Below, piece by piece: positions 9,605 through 20,796 of a stretch of DNA of 64,000 bases (the first letter of the stretch is position 1; each line of letters starts with the position of its first letter). The stretch spans positions 1 to 64,000 of the forward strand of contig CDRNVI010000032.1 in assembly GCA_977017575.1 (NCBI GenBank), read 5' to 3'. Source of the stretch: Paramoeba atlantica. Its lineage: Eukaryota > Protista > Discosea. Both the position numbers and the translations under genes were made by a program. The notes beneath the pieces are model-generated. The model was given only the letters and a program-made list of their open reading frames with translations. It searched no databases and was not told where the DNA came from.

Positions 9605-11290
9605 GCGAACGCTTAGATGATGCTGTCCAACATACCACTGAACATTTCTTTCGTCCTCTGAGCGATAGGGCCCGACGCCAGGCACAACGCGAAAAGCGGT
9701 ACGGGGGGTTGGGGCTCCGTTCAGCGGAGGAACAATCGAGTTCCGCATACGTGGCCTCCGTCGCTTTCGCCTCAGACAAGGACCAATGGGACCCGGCGGA
9801 TGCCGAGGGGTTCAACCAAGCTGCACAGGAGGTCAATAAACGCGCCGGGACAACTATGGTACAACAATGTGGATTAATACCGAAAAGTCTCGCATTGTCG
9901 ACGGACTCTCCTTACTCAAATAATAACGAGCAGGAATCTAGCCAAGAGCTCGTAATCCCTCGCCAGCGTGATCTTAGTCATGCCATCGCCTCCCGCGAAT
10001 TTCGGGAGGCCTTTTCTCGTGCCGATCTCCGAACGAGGGCCAGATGGATATCGGAAACGGGAGAAGGGGCCTCGGAGTGGGCTTTCGTAATCCCCTCTAA
10101 GAAAAACGGCTTGGCCTACACACCAACTGAATTTCGTACTCTTGTGCGGTGGTGGCTCGGAGACGCTATTTACCCGGCTTCCCGGCCATGTCCTATGGAG
10201 AAATGCGCGCTGTCACTTGACCCCGAGGGTGACCACGCACTGGTATGCAAGTGCGGGAACGGTATCATATCACGACACAACGCTATAGCGGGACAGTTCT
10301 CCTCAGAATGCGCGAAAGCTGGGTTTACCCCGCGGCGAGAAGTGAAGAGAGAAGAAGAAGAAGAAGAAGTCAGTTTGCACTCTGTGCTCTGAATTCAGAC
10401 AGATCCAGACAGAAGACACGGAGGTCTCTGCAGCGCCAACCGTTAGGGTAGAGTCTCAGGTCACCGACCTTCGTTGTCTTGCTACCCCCTTCCAAGACGG
10501 CACTCGACGCCTTGCGGCCCGAGCACGGCTACCCAACCGTAGCTACCAGGACGGGCGCCCACCCCGTTGCATCGTGTAGGCTGTGTCTCAAGCCTCCTTT
10601 GCGTAAGCAGCTCGCAATTTAGCGGCTGCGCTGGAGCCTGGTTCAGCTCGGCGGTTCCGGGTCGGTCCTCCAGGGGAGCGGGGTTGGGTGTGGGCCTTGA
10701 AGGCACTCCTGATCGCTTTCCCTTTGTAGTGAGGCCGCCAGGTTGCGAGTTTTGTCGATAGCGGGAATCGAACCCACAACCTGCAGGTTGTAAGGCCCAC
10801 CGTCTACCAACTACGCCCACACCGCGAGAATTGAGCCTGGGGAACACGGGTCCTGGGGGCGCCCTCACTAGGCCAGGGGACGTCTTCCTCTCTACTTTCG
10901 ACGTAGGCCATTCTCTTGTATTAGACTTCGCCGTCACGCATGTTCAGCAGCCAAAGTATACGGACTTAGTCCGTGATGCTAACTGGGTGACGGCGGGTCT
11001 TTTGCGGAGCGCTACGCAACGGAGAACAAGAAGAAACAAAGAGAGGAAGAAGACGCAGCGCGTCACAAGTTTGGCGCTATTGCGGTGGAGTCATAAGGGG
11101 CATGGTGGCCCAGTGCCCACGCGATACTCAAGGAAGCCGCCACTTCCCGGGCAGCGTACTCCGGGGGCACGCTCAGAAGGGGGAAGCACTACACTAACTC
11201 GTGACGACACTAAACGTCGCCCTAATGAGGACACAAGCTCGTATGCTCGTATTGCGACTGCCTACATCATCCCCCGACGCGATTATTAAT
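9605..11290 (+). mobile_element. CRE/SLACS-like REL-type non-LTR retrotransposon, 3' part, degraded
   Basis: GGLGLR..SAYVAS (post-RT); CCHC knuckle C(PMEK)C..HALVC..RHN; RPGD..LDFAV endonuclease after removing SINE2; C-terminal FGAIAVES.GAW and LMRTQARM. Confidence 0.8.
10346..10823 (-). mobile_element. SINE2 with a 3'-transduced 30-bp flank and (TTC)n tail, inserted in the CRE-like ORF
   Basis: tRNA-like head (TAGTTGGTAG ... GGTTCGATTCC). Imperfect TSD gcgagaa[g/t]tga at 10335-10345 and 10824-10834. 10369-10398 is the reverse complement of 28811-28840 with 2 mismatches. Confidence 0.88.
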
Positions 11291-11529
11291 GGATACGGAA
11301 TTGAAGAGTAATGTTCATGCGAAATGGGTTTTCTACTCGTGAGCTCAACCGGTACGAGCTGGGATTTAATTATGGGTGGTAGGGCGCAGTGTGGGGGGGT
11401 AGGAAAAACCCCGGGTGTTTTTACATTCCGGGTGTCACTTTTTCACTGCATCCCTCTTCAGGGAGGCGGCTTCATGGGAGGAAATTGTTTGCTAGTTTGG
11501 GGTGGGATGATTGCTTGTGGAAGAAGGAA

Positions 11530-12465
11530 AAAAAATTCAACTTGGCGAAAAAAATGGCAAAAAAAATATTTTTCCAAAATCATTTCCCCTATTGTATTTT
11601 GATAGTTTGGGACCTACACTAGCTTTCTCCGCAGTTGTTTTCGCAAGGTATCCATTCTTCGAACCGTGGTGCGCCCCTCAAAATGACCCATTTTTGACTA
11701 AAAAAGGTGAAAAAGTATTTTTCGGACCTAAAGGGGCATTTTTGTGTTTTGAATGGTATGGTTGGAGTCGCATTCTCTACCCAATACGTTCGGTAGGCTT
11801 CCATTCATGCCTACGAGTGATTTCCCACGCGCAAATGTCGGATTTAGTGCTCTGACAGCAAAAATACGCGAAAATCACCCCATTTTTACCCGAATTTCGG
11901 CTATTTTTGGCTATAATCTTTCCGTTTTCTTTAGCTTTCCAGGATAAATTTTCTTTTTTATTCTCTTCGTTAAACGCGGCGGTAGTTTTCAACGCCGAGC
12001 GCACAGCATGAGTGACTTCTAAGTTGAAAACAACAACCGCGTTTTTTTTTCAATTTTTTTTCAATTTTTTTTCAATTTTGGACCACGGGAGCCCCCTTTT
12101 ATATTTTTTTCTTCTATTATATTACTGTGTTCCTCTTTATATTTTCACTGTTTTTGTTCACAAATACGCGAAAATCACCCCATTTTCATCTCTACCCAAT
12201 ACGTTCGGTAGGCTTCCATTCATTTCTACAAGTGATTTCCCACGCGCAAATGTCGGATTTAGTGCTCTGACAGCAAAAATACGCGAAAAATCACCCAATT
12301 TTTACCCGAATTTCGGCTATTTTTGGCTATAATCTTTCCGTTTTCCAGGCTAAATTCTCTTTTTTAGGCTCTTCGTTAAACGCGGCGGTAGTTTTCAACG
12401 CGAAGCGCGCAGCATGAGTGACTTCTAAGTTGAAAACAACAACCGCGTTTAACGAAGAGCCTAAA
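11530..12465 (+). mobile_element. Rearranged HINE-like family 1 copies
   Basis: Core plus palindrome, an inverted 5'-module fragment, then a second core plus palindrome ending gaagagcctaa. Confidence 0.7.
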
Positions 12466-12959
12466 TATGTGGTTCGTATCTGTAGGTATGTGTGAGTTTC
12501 TGTAAATTTCTGTGAATCGCTGTGGGCTGCTGTGAGTATCTGTGGGTAGCTGTGGGTATTTTTATTTCTCGTAAGAGCCTGAAAGACGAGAAGAGGACCT
12601 AAAAAGATCGGTGGTTAAGGAGGTTAGCATATCCATGATTTCGAAACAGTAAAAGTAACAAAAGGTTTGGTCCAAAAGCAATTTAAACAAAGTGCAATTG
12701 AAATAGCAAACTGACTGCGCCCCAAAAAGAACGGTAATTAAAAGAAGCGGTAATGAAATGTTGTTAAATGAATATGCAGTATGATGTCGAGAAATAAGCA
12801 TTATTTATTTATTTATAGCTACTGAGTATTATTTTCCACGTTTCGTTTCCGAAAGAAGTACGTAGGTATAGTTGACTGAAACTCCGCGCAAGGACTCCGC
12901 GTCGTAGGGTTGGGGTACCTCGATGGCATGGACTTGTGCTCCTTGAACTTCTTCACCAA

Positions 12960-14000
12960 CAATGCTTTCCCAGCTTCGTTAATAGGTTTATACTTACACT
13001 TTTATCGATGACGAAGGAACATTTCAACATTCTGAACGATAAGGCAAGAACCAAATGCATAGAATAGAGTACGGTTCAGATCTTTGTTTCAATGTTTAAA
13101 GGCTTTCCATTCACTCTAAGAGGATGGGGTGATAACCGACTAGGCCCGGTACTCGGAGGACCGTCCCGGATACTCCCCTCAGGGAACCAGCTCCCTTACC
13201 CGGCTTACACCTCTTGGGTGATCCGTGTTGACGTACAGTTCGTCGACGCAGCGTGTTGGTAACAGCACGTTGGTGCCGCCTTGGAAAAGCGGACACTGGT
13301 AGAGTACGTCGTCCTCGGAACTTCCAAATCTGTCTGTGAAGGGTCTGGCTTGCCAGTGACCATCCGGAGCGATCCGGAATGATTTGGATTTTTCAACCAT
13401 ATCATTGAATTCGAGTTTTTTGTCAGCTTCGTCATCGTAATCTTGCTCTGTTTGACTAAGAAGCCTCTTTAATGGCGATATTTGGGTCTTAGTAAAAGGG
13501 CGGATCACTTCTGAGCACCCTTTGAATCCGCCGTCGGCGAGGCACCTTATTTTATGAATTTTAAGAATATCTGTGATTTTGGTGTGCTCAAGAATGTTGT
13601 TGTCAGGGGTGGAACCGGTATAAGATTTTCGGGGAAGAAACACACATATCCTGAGAATGTTCACCCCACTGCGGCTTTCACGACATGATCTGCATACTTG
13701 GGCTGAAAACACCTATCCGAGGATCTCACATAAATTGGAACGGTGTCAAGGGCGAGAAGAACATCTTTAGAAAAAAAGTCATCCGTTGTATTCGCTTCAT
13801 GTAGGAGAATATCGGCTCGAAAAACTAACCAATTGCCTTGTAGCTCACGGTGCAACGTTTCAAAAAATTCAGGAATTTTTGCCCCGCAAGTGCTTTAAGA
13901 CCAACCGCATCCAAATTTGGCGGTTAAGTGGTCTGCAACAGTGTCATAGTTCCCCCCTTTGCGGAGAAACAAAAATGAGGAAAAAATTAACTCTTCATCG
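12960..14000 (-). pseudogene. DDE_Tnp_4-type (PIF/Harbinger/ISL2EU-like) transposase remnant
   Basis: ALDTVPIYV (D1), PKYADHVVK, YTGSTPDNNIL, CLADGGFKG (D2) and RPF..EFN across frameshifted minus-strand ORFs; split by SINE1. Confidence 0.65.
13111..13392 (+). mobile_element. SINE1, 5'-truncated, inserted in a DDE transposase
   Basis: Starts at tcactctaagagg (no tRNA head) and ends gatttggattttt. Confidence 0.85.
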
Positions 14001-14229
14001 TAACCAATTTTTCGCAAGTAGTCGTATGTGGCGTGTGTAAGTCCACAAGGAGGGAGTTCTGAGGGCATAAAAAAAAAGAAACAATGGCAGAAAAGCTATA
14101 AATAATACTATGCAGTTGTACCAATTACAATGAACTGTAACTTAAGCTTTATACGCGCAAAATTAATTTGTATCAAACTATTTATAAGTGGGAAAACATA
14201 AATATCGAATCTTACTTCGTATCCCCTTG

Positions 14230-15501
14230 TTCCTTTAAACCAACCTTTTTTAGAGAGTAATCACTTCAACTTCAGTTTCAATGTTCAAAATAGCTCTCTT
14301 TGTGCTCTTCTGAACATGCAGCAACTTGAAATCTCCATCATTGGATTTCGGCAACAAGACTTTCAACGAGCACAGAACGGAGAAAAGGTCATCCGGCGTT
14401 TCTGCGCCGCTGAAAATGGCATCCTTAGCCAAATACAAAAAACCAAATCCAAATCATTCCGGATTGCTCCGGACGGTCACTGGAAAGCCAGGCCCTTCAC
14501 AGACAGATTTGGAAGTTCCGAGGCCGACGTCCTCTACCAGTGTCCGCTTTTCCAAGGCGGCACCAACGTGCTGTTGCCAACACGCTGCGTCGACGAATTC
14601 ACGTCAACACGGCTCACCCAAGAGGTATGAGCCGGGTAAGAGAGCTGGTTCCATGAGGGGAGGGTCCGGGACGGTCCTACGAGTACTGGGCCTAGTCGGT
14701 TATCAGCCCAGCCTCTTAGAGTGAGGCCGCCGGGAATACTGCGATGAGCGGGTTTGAACTCGCCGTCTGAGCACCATGTGCTTCAAACTTTGAGTTCTTG
14801 CCACTCCGCCACCTCCCCCTACTCCGCCACCTTCCCCTACTCCGCCACCTCCCCCTTTTTAGCCAAATACAAACAATCACGACGGATTGTATATCCTTCA
14901 AGCAGGTCTCTTCTTCCTTCGTCTTCCTTCCTTCCTTCAAGCAGGTCTCCAATCTGATCATGGATCATAGCAATTCGCTCTTCCCTTTGCTCCTTAACAT
15001 TCTTGGCAGCAGTTCCCTTGTAGGTTGTCCAAATGCGGCGCATCGTCTTTGATAGAACGGGGGCGTCTGCAGAGGGAAGCTCACGACGGAAATATTCGGC
15101 TACGGAAGTTGCCGCACGGCTATACACTTTCGACTTTCACACAGTAAAGCTTCGCTGTATAATGCAAAGTACTTGGTCCACAAGTGCGAATGTCAACTTC
15201 CGTTGGCATACTGTCCACCCTTCGTAGACACATCATGCTTCCTGGACTCTCTTTTGGTCCAACCCACGCTTGGCACACTTTGCCACAACTTCAGGACCCA
15301 AGGTTTGATGATCTTGCGGCTTATTGCAAGAGTGGCAAATGTTGCAGCCAACAGGCACGCAAAACTCGGAGCAATGGCCGCACATTTCAAGTGAGGTGCA
15401 TTCCTCATTAGTGTGCTCGTTGCCGCAATCAAGTCAAGAGGAAGGAGTCCGAGCACGGAACTGAGTAACCTTATCGCAGTAAAAACAGTGCAAATGCACA
15501 T
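14230..15501 (-). pseudogene. Hypothetical ORF next to the DDE transposase, split by SINE1
   Basis: ORFs 14837-15127 and 14250-14438 rejoin at YLAK when SINE1 and one TSD are removed; 15193-15501 lies upstream on the same strand. Confidence 0.4.
14440..14858 (-). mobile_element. SINE1 with 15-bp TSD
   Basis: TSD ttagccaaatacaaa at 14425-14439 and 14859-14873; 5' head fragment repeated three times. Confidence 0.92.
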
Positions 15502-15774
15502 AAAGTTCAGCCATCACTTATGATTAAGAAAAACTTCTAGAAAAACGTTTAGCAGAAGATAAACTCTATTCCTATATTAAATGACTTTAGAACACAAGGT
15601 CTACAACACTGAGTATAAATCTGCTTTACCATTTTTATTTCTGTCAAAAAAACCGAAAAACAAAAACCAAAAGTCACAAAGGAATAGCAAAAACTTTGAG
15701 TACCTTTAGATTTCTTTGAATCGCTGTGAGTCGCTGTGAGTATTTTTTTGCGACGAAAAATGGCGATCTAGAGA

Positions 15775-15895
15775 CTCACCAGTGGAACGGAATTTACAAA
15801 GCAGTGAATGAAAAGCTGGCCTGTAAATCCTTTTTCTGTGCCCCGTATCACTCGTGGGAAAAGGGGGCGGTGGAAAATTCAAATGGTCTTACCAA
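15775..15895 (+). pseudogene. IS30-like transposase, C-terminal catalytic fragment
   Basis: GTEF (adjacent frame) then EKLACKSFFCAPYHSWEKGAVENSNGL, matching the IS30 motif F.C.PY.SW(E/Q)(K/R)G..EN.NGL. Confidence 0.8.
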
Positions 15896-15909
15896 CATTC
15901 GCCTACTGT

Positions 15910-16198
15910 ATGCCCCCCCCAGTAAGATACCCCCCCCCCCCCAGTAAGAGGGATTTGGCCCTTTTTGGGCTGACCCCTGGTAAGAGAGATTTGGCTCTTG
16001 GGCCCCACAGGAGGGTTATATGGGGTAGGGGGTGGTAACCCAAATAAGCGTTTTAACACGTTTTCCGAAGAAAAAATACAAAACAATAGTCAAAAAAGTT
16101 GGGAGAAAAGAGGAAAATGGCCAAAAAAGCATACCCCCCTCAGTAAGAGAGATTTATCCATTTCAACCCAAAACCCATTCTCTTACTTGGGGGGGTAT
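15910..16198. mobile_element. MITE with terminal AT(G/A)CCCCCCCAGTAAGA inverted repeats
   Basis: cccccccagtaaga repeated internally and inverted as tcttacttggggggg; a related right half lies at about 41875-41979. Confidence 0.6.
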
Positions 16199-16847
16199 AT
16201 CACAAGGCGAGTGAGTCACTTGAGGCACTGAGCCTCAAAGAGGTGAACATCCTAAAAGTTTTTGGATTTTTTTTTAGGTGAACAAGACAACCAAGAGGTT
16301 GAACAAACGATACTCCCTAGGTTAATTCGTCGTGCCCGATTTGTCGCCCGATTTGTGGCCCGATTTCGTGCCCAATTTCGTGCCCGATATCGTTTCAGGT
16401 GAGTTTTCGAAAAAGATGTTTACAAATACGTATGAATCGAATTTAGTGACAATTTTTCAACAATTCCGATGGGTACCCCCTGCCCCCCCCCCGACTTATC
16501 ATAGCAATTTTTGAAATTTTGAAGAAAAAAACTAAAAATTTATGGGTGAAAGCGAAAAAAATATTTTTCCCAAATCAACTCCTAGACCGTTTTTTGAGAG
16601 TTTAAAGCCTTCTATACCTGTATACTCTTTGTTTTCATTTGATATTTCTCCACCCTGTTCCGGTAATACACCTAGAAAGGCCAAACTTTACCTGGAAGTG
16701 TGTGACACGCAAGGCCGTAGAGGAAGGTGGAGGCGCAAGGCAAAAAGGCAGAAGGCGGAGCCTTCTGTCTTTTTACCGCGGCGACGACGACTCCCTCGAG
16801 TGGGAAGCTGTAAAGCGCCATAGGGAGCATGTTCGGGTGGCTATGTA

Positions 16848-17474
16848 ATCCAGGCTAAAGTGGACGAGGGAGATACTAAAGGCACCTTTGGAAAACCACT
16901 TCGAAACTGGAACGGGATCTCCCGGTTTGTAGAGCATTCTGATGCGGAAAAAGGCTCTTTAACGGGTGATACCGTTCCAGTTTCGAGGTGGTTTTCCAAA
17001 GGTGCCTTTAGTATCTCCCTCGTCCACTTTAGCTATGGCGGTACGGGCGTAGTTGGTAGACGGTGGGGCTTACAACCTGCAGGTTGTTGGTTCGATTCCC
17101 GCTATCGACAAAACTCGCAACCTGGCGGCCTCACTACAAAGGGAAAGCGATCAGGAGTGCCTTCAAGGCCCACACCCAACCCCGCTCCCCTGGAGGACCG
17201 ACCCGGAACCGCCGAGCTGAACCAGGCTCCAGCGCAGCCGCTAAATTGCGAGCTGCTTACGCAAAGGAGGCTTGAGACACAGCCTACACGATGCAATGGG
17301 GTGGGCGCCCGTCCTGGTAGCTACGGTTGGGTAGCCGTGCTCGGGCCGCAAGGCGTCGAGTGCCGCCTGGGAAGGGGGTAGCAACACGATGAAGGTCGGT
17401 GGCCTGAGGCTCTACCCTAACGGTTGGCGCTGCAGAGCCCTCCGTGTTCTTCTCTTCTCTTCTTTAGCCTGGAT
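16848..17474. mobile_element. CCAGG-family MITE (~190 bp, ~70-bp TIRs, TA flanks) containing SINE2
   Basis: ta-atccaggctaaagtggacgagggagatac ... gtatctccctcgtccactttagc[SINE2]ctggat-ta; relatives at 4018, 9014-9180, 42955-43161 and 48520-48619. Confidence 0.8.
17034..17461 (+). mobile_element. SINE2, full length (~425 nt), inserted in a MITE TIR
   Basis: A and B boxes, anticodon-like loop CTTACAA, structured body, (cttct)n tail; TSD ctttagc at 17027-17033 and 17462-17468. Confidence 0.92.
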
Positions 17475-17864
17475 TATATTACTGTTTTCCTCTTTATATT
17501 TTCACTGTTTTTGTTCACTTGTTTTTCAATAATCGAGGGTAGAGCGGTAGTTATACAACCACCGCAATAATCGAGGGCAGAGCGGTAGTTATACAACCGC
17601 CGCAATTTTTTTCTTCTATTATATTACTGTGTTCCCCTTTATATTTTCACTGTTTCCGTTCACCTTTTTTTCAACAATCGAGTGTAGAGCGGTATTTTTA
17701 CAACCACTGCAACCTTTATAATGCATATTGCGGGGGTTGTTTACAACCTCTGACTCTTCGTCTTTATGGTTGGCCGGGTGGGGGTGAAACGAGACGGGTG
17801 ATAAAATCCAAAAAAAGGGAGGGGTATGGTCGATGAAAGGGGTGCTGTTGATTTTCATTTTCGC

Positions 17865-18600
17865 CACGGGTCTGATTAGCCAAGTCGTCGGGTCCAGTGA
17901 CTTTACATATGGGAGGGCTTGGTTCGATTCCCACTGATGTACTTTTTGTCCGGCTACACAGGGATTAGCTAAGAAGCTTGGGTCCACGATATCTGGACGG
18001 ATTGACCCATTTGCCTAGGCCACGCAGTAGCATGAAAGGGGGTTCGAACCCGCTACTCGTAATTTTTGCGCAAACAATATGAAGCACCAACGTCGTTAGT
18101 GGGAAGCAATTTGCGAAGCCGAAGGGGGGGTATGGCGAGGGCCCGCGTGAGCGGGCCTGAGCCATACGCGACGTCGTTAGTGGGAAGCAATTTGCGAAGC
18201 CCCGCTTGACAACCACCACCGCTTTTTAACGACGCAGCTATTGCGGTGATTGTTTACAGCCCCCTTCTTTATGCTGTCCGGGGTAGGGTGGATCCAGCAG
18301 GGTGAGAAATGTGGGTCTACCACCCCACCTATCATCGATTTGGGCACAAATCACGGTGCTTAAAAACGTGGGCCCTGGGACTCGAACCCAGGTATTCGAA
18401 CCCATTGGGTAACACCTTACCTTCATGATCTGGTGATCGCAGGTTCGAAGCCCGGGAGGTACATTTTCAGAAAATATATCCCTGGCACCCAAGTGCCAAA
18501 ATGCCCGATGTGGGGATCGATCCAATCTTTCGACACCTACCCAATCACAAGACACCACCCTAACTACGTCGTTAGTGGGAAGCAATTTGCGAAGCCGAAG
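17865..18600. other. Cluster of degenerate tRNA-like B-box hairpins and a 31-bp motif repeated three times
   Basis: GGTTCGATTCCC (~17921), GGTTCGAACCC (~18042), minus-strand CTGGG-TTCGAGT-CCCAG (~18375-18391), GGTTCGAAGCCC (~18442); acgtcgttagtgggaagcaatttgcgaagcc at 18090, 18171 and 18566. Confidence 0.5.
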
Positions 18601-18894
18601 CAGCTACACACCGACATTGTCCCACTGATAATGCATAATGTAACCTCGTGACGCATAATGTAACCCGATAAAGCATATTGTAACCTGATGACGCATAATA
18701 TAAACTAACGTCAGACTCAGTGGCCCGGCCGGCCCCTCCGTGCGTTCGGCCTCTCATATTCCCCAAAACCCCCGCTAAATAGTGGAGGGAGGTGGCAGTT
18801 GTGGGGTATGGAGGCCTCTCGCAACTCCGGGGCCTCACCGGGAGCAGGGATGAAATCCTAGCGCTCTTTAACTTTTTATTTTCTCTTAGCGCTC

Positions 18895-19960
18895 TTTTTA
18901 TTTTCTTTTTTAGGCTCTTCGTTAAACGCTGTGGTTGTTTTCAACTTAGAAGTCAAAATCGCCAAAGGACCATAAATAATCTACTTTTTTGGGTGAAAAA
19001 GCTCGATTTTTAGGCGAAAATTGCGAAATTTTAGCCCAAATTTGGGCTATTTTGGATGCCTTACCAGTGGGGGCAGGAGGCGAATCTGTCAATAAAAACG
19101 GCGTAGAATGGTAGCTCAGATCCCAAAGTCTGAAAATACGTTTTAGAAGTCGATTTTGAAAAAAAAAATATTTTATTTTGTTTTGGGTCAAAAAAATTTT
19201 TTTTCGCTCCAAAAATTTCGGAAATTTTGACCATGTCGGGCCCCTCCTGCGCGTACCAGGGGGGGGGTGGAAAATTATCGCCGCGGACTACTCTACCACT
19301 TCCATGCGCTCGATTTTGAAAAGCAAAGAATTCGCGACGTATGCCCCGCCCCTTGGACCCATCCCTAGACCCCCCATTGCGATGGTTGTAAAACTACCGC
19401 TCTACACTCGATTATTGAAAAAAAAGTGAACAAAAAAAGTAACGTACTAGGATAAGTAACATTTTTCTTTTTTAGGCTCTTCGTTAAACGCGGTGGTTGT
19501 TTTCAACTTAGAAGTCACTCATGCTGCGCGCTTCGCGTTGAAAATTATCACCGCGTTTAACGAAGAGCCTAAAAAAGAAAAATCGCGAAAAGATCATGAA
19601 TAATCTAATTTTCTAGGTGAAAAAGCTCGATTTTTCGGCAAAAAAATGCGAAATTTTAACCCGAATTTGGACCGTTTTTGATGCCCTACCAGTAGGGGTA
19701 GGAGGAGAACCTGACGAAAAAAGCATCGTAGAATGGTAGATGAGGTTCCAAACTCCTGAAACACGTTTTAGGAGTCGATTTTGGAAAAATAATATTATTA
19801 CTTTACACTACAATTTTTTTTTTTTGGTCACCCCAAAAATTTCGGAAATTTTGACCTTGTCGGACCCCTCCTGCGCGTACCAGGGGAGGTACCAACATGG
19901 GGGGGGGGTGGAAAATTATCACCGCGGCCTACTCTACCACTTCCCTGCGCTCGAGTTTGC
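18895..19960 (-). mobile_element. HINE-like family 2 copies sharing the same palindromic end
   Basis: Two minus-strand copies of a module homologous to 41010-41550, each joined to all or half of the ~100-bp palindrome. Confidence 0.65.
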
Positions 19961-20796
19961 ACGTTTCATAAAAAGCGCAGTTAATTATCCCTTCTTGGGT
20001 GATCCGCCAAGTGGGGTCCGAGAGTTGTTGGAGAGGGTTAAGAAGGAGTGGGCGAACACTCCGGCCTCAGTATGTCGTGCCCATCTAGAGAGCCCATCTG
20101 TCGTGCCCATCTTATCTTCTTTTTTGTCTATTTTTTGATGCAACAGATTTTTTGATGCACACATTACCAGCGCAACAGTGATAATTAATCAATGGCTGTA
20201 TACAAAATAAAAAAAATTTGAAACATTCGAAAGGTTTTTTACATATACAGTGGTAGTCACTGTCCTCAGAATCCGTAATTGAACATTGACAGAATTTTTT
20301 CATTCTCATTCTCATTTTCGCGACTATTCTCATTTTCGCGTTGATTTTGCCGTTGAACATTGACAAGAAATAGAAAAGAAGTAGAAAAACGGAATGAAGT
20401 CATGCTGGGAGAGCGGTGGCTATTGTAAAATTTTTGGAAACTGGGTAGGTAACAAGAACTATGACTCCGCACGCAGCTCCGACAAAGGAACTAAATTTCC
20501 CAGTGTCGAACTCCTTTCTGGATTCAAAAGACGTTGAAGACTTCATTTGAGTGAGTGACTCAGGATCTGAAGTCGAGGAGGGAGAAGCCGAAGTAGAAGG
20601 CATTTCAAACTTACAAATGGACCCAATGCAGGGCCCGAGTGGCCCAGTGTGTCCCATAGTGGGCCTTGGATGCCCCAAGTGGCCACGAGTGGACCCAAAA
20701 ACCTGCGAGAAATACCTCCGGCGAGGGACAGATGCTAGGCATTGATAATACCCCGCTAAGGAATTCATGGATTTTATGAAAACGTGACCTAAAAAG

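Noticed and set aside
17040-17110. Functional tRNA genes at the SINE heads
   Set aside because: Acceptor and D stems are defective and the heads are always fused to SINE bodies with TSDs.
18129-18167. SECIS-like hairpin with tandem G.A pairs
   Set aside because: TGA/GA order is reversed relative to SECIS, there is no apical AAR, and no selenoprotein ORF upstream.
18090-18596. CRISPR-like 31-bp direct repeats
   Set aside because: Only three copies with spacers of ~50 and ~365 bp, no cas genes, eukaryotic context.
19705-19740. Hammerhead core-like CTGACGA in the family-2 repeat
   Set aside because: No stem II and no downstream GAAA in the right register.
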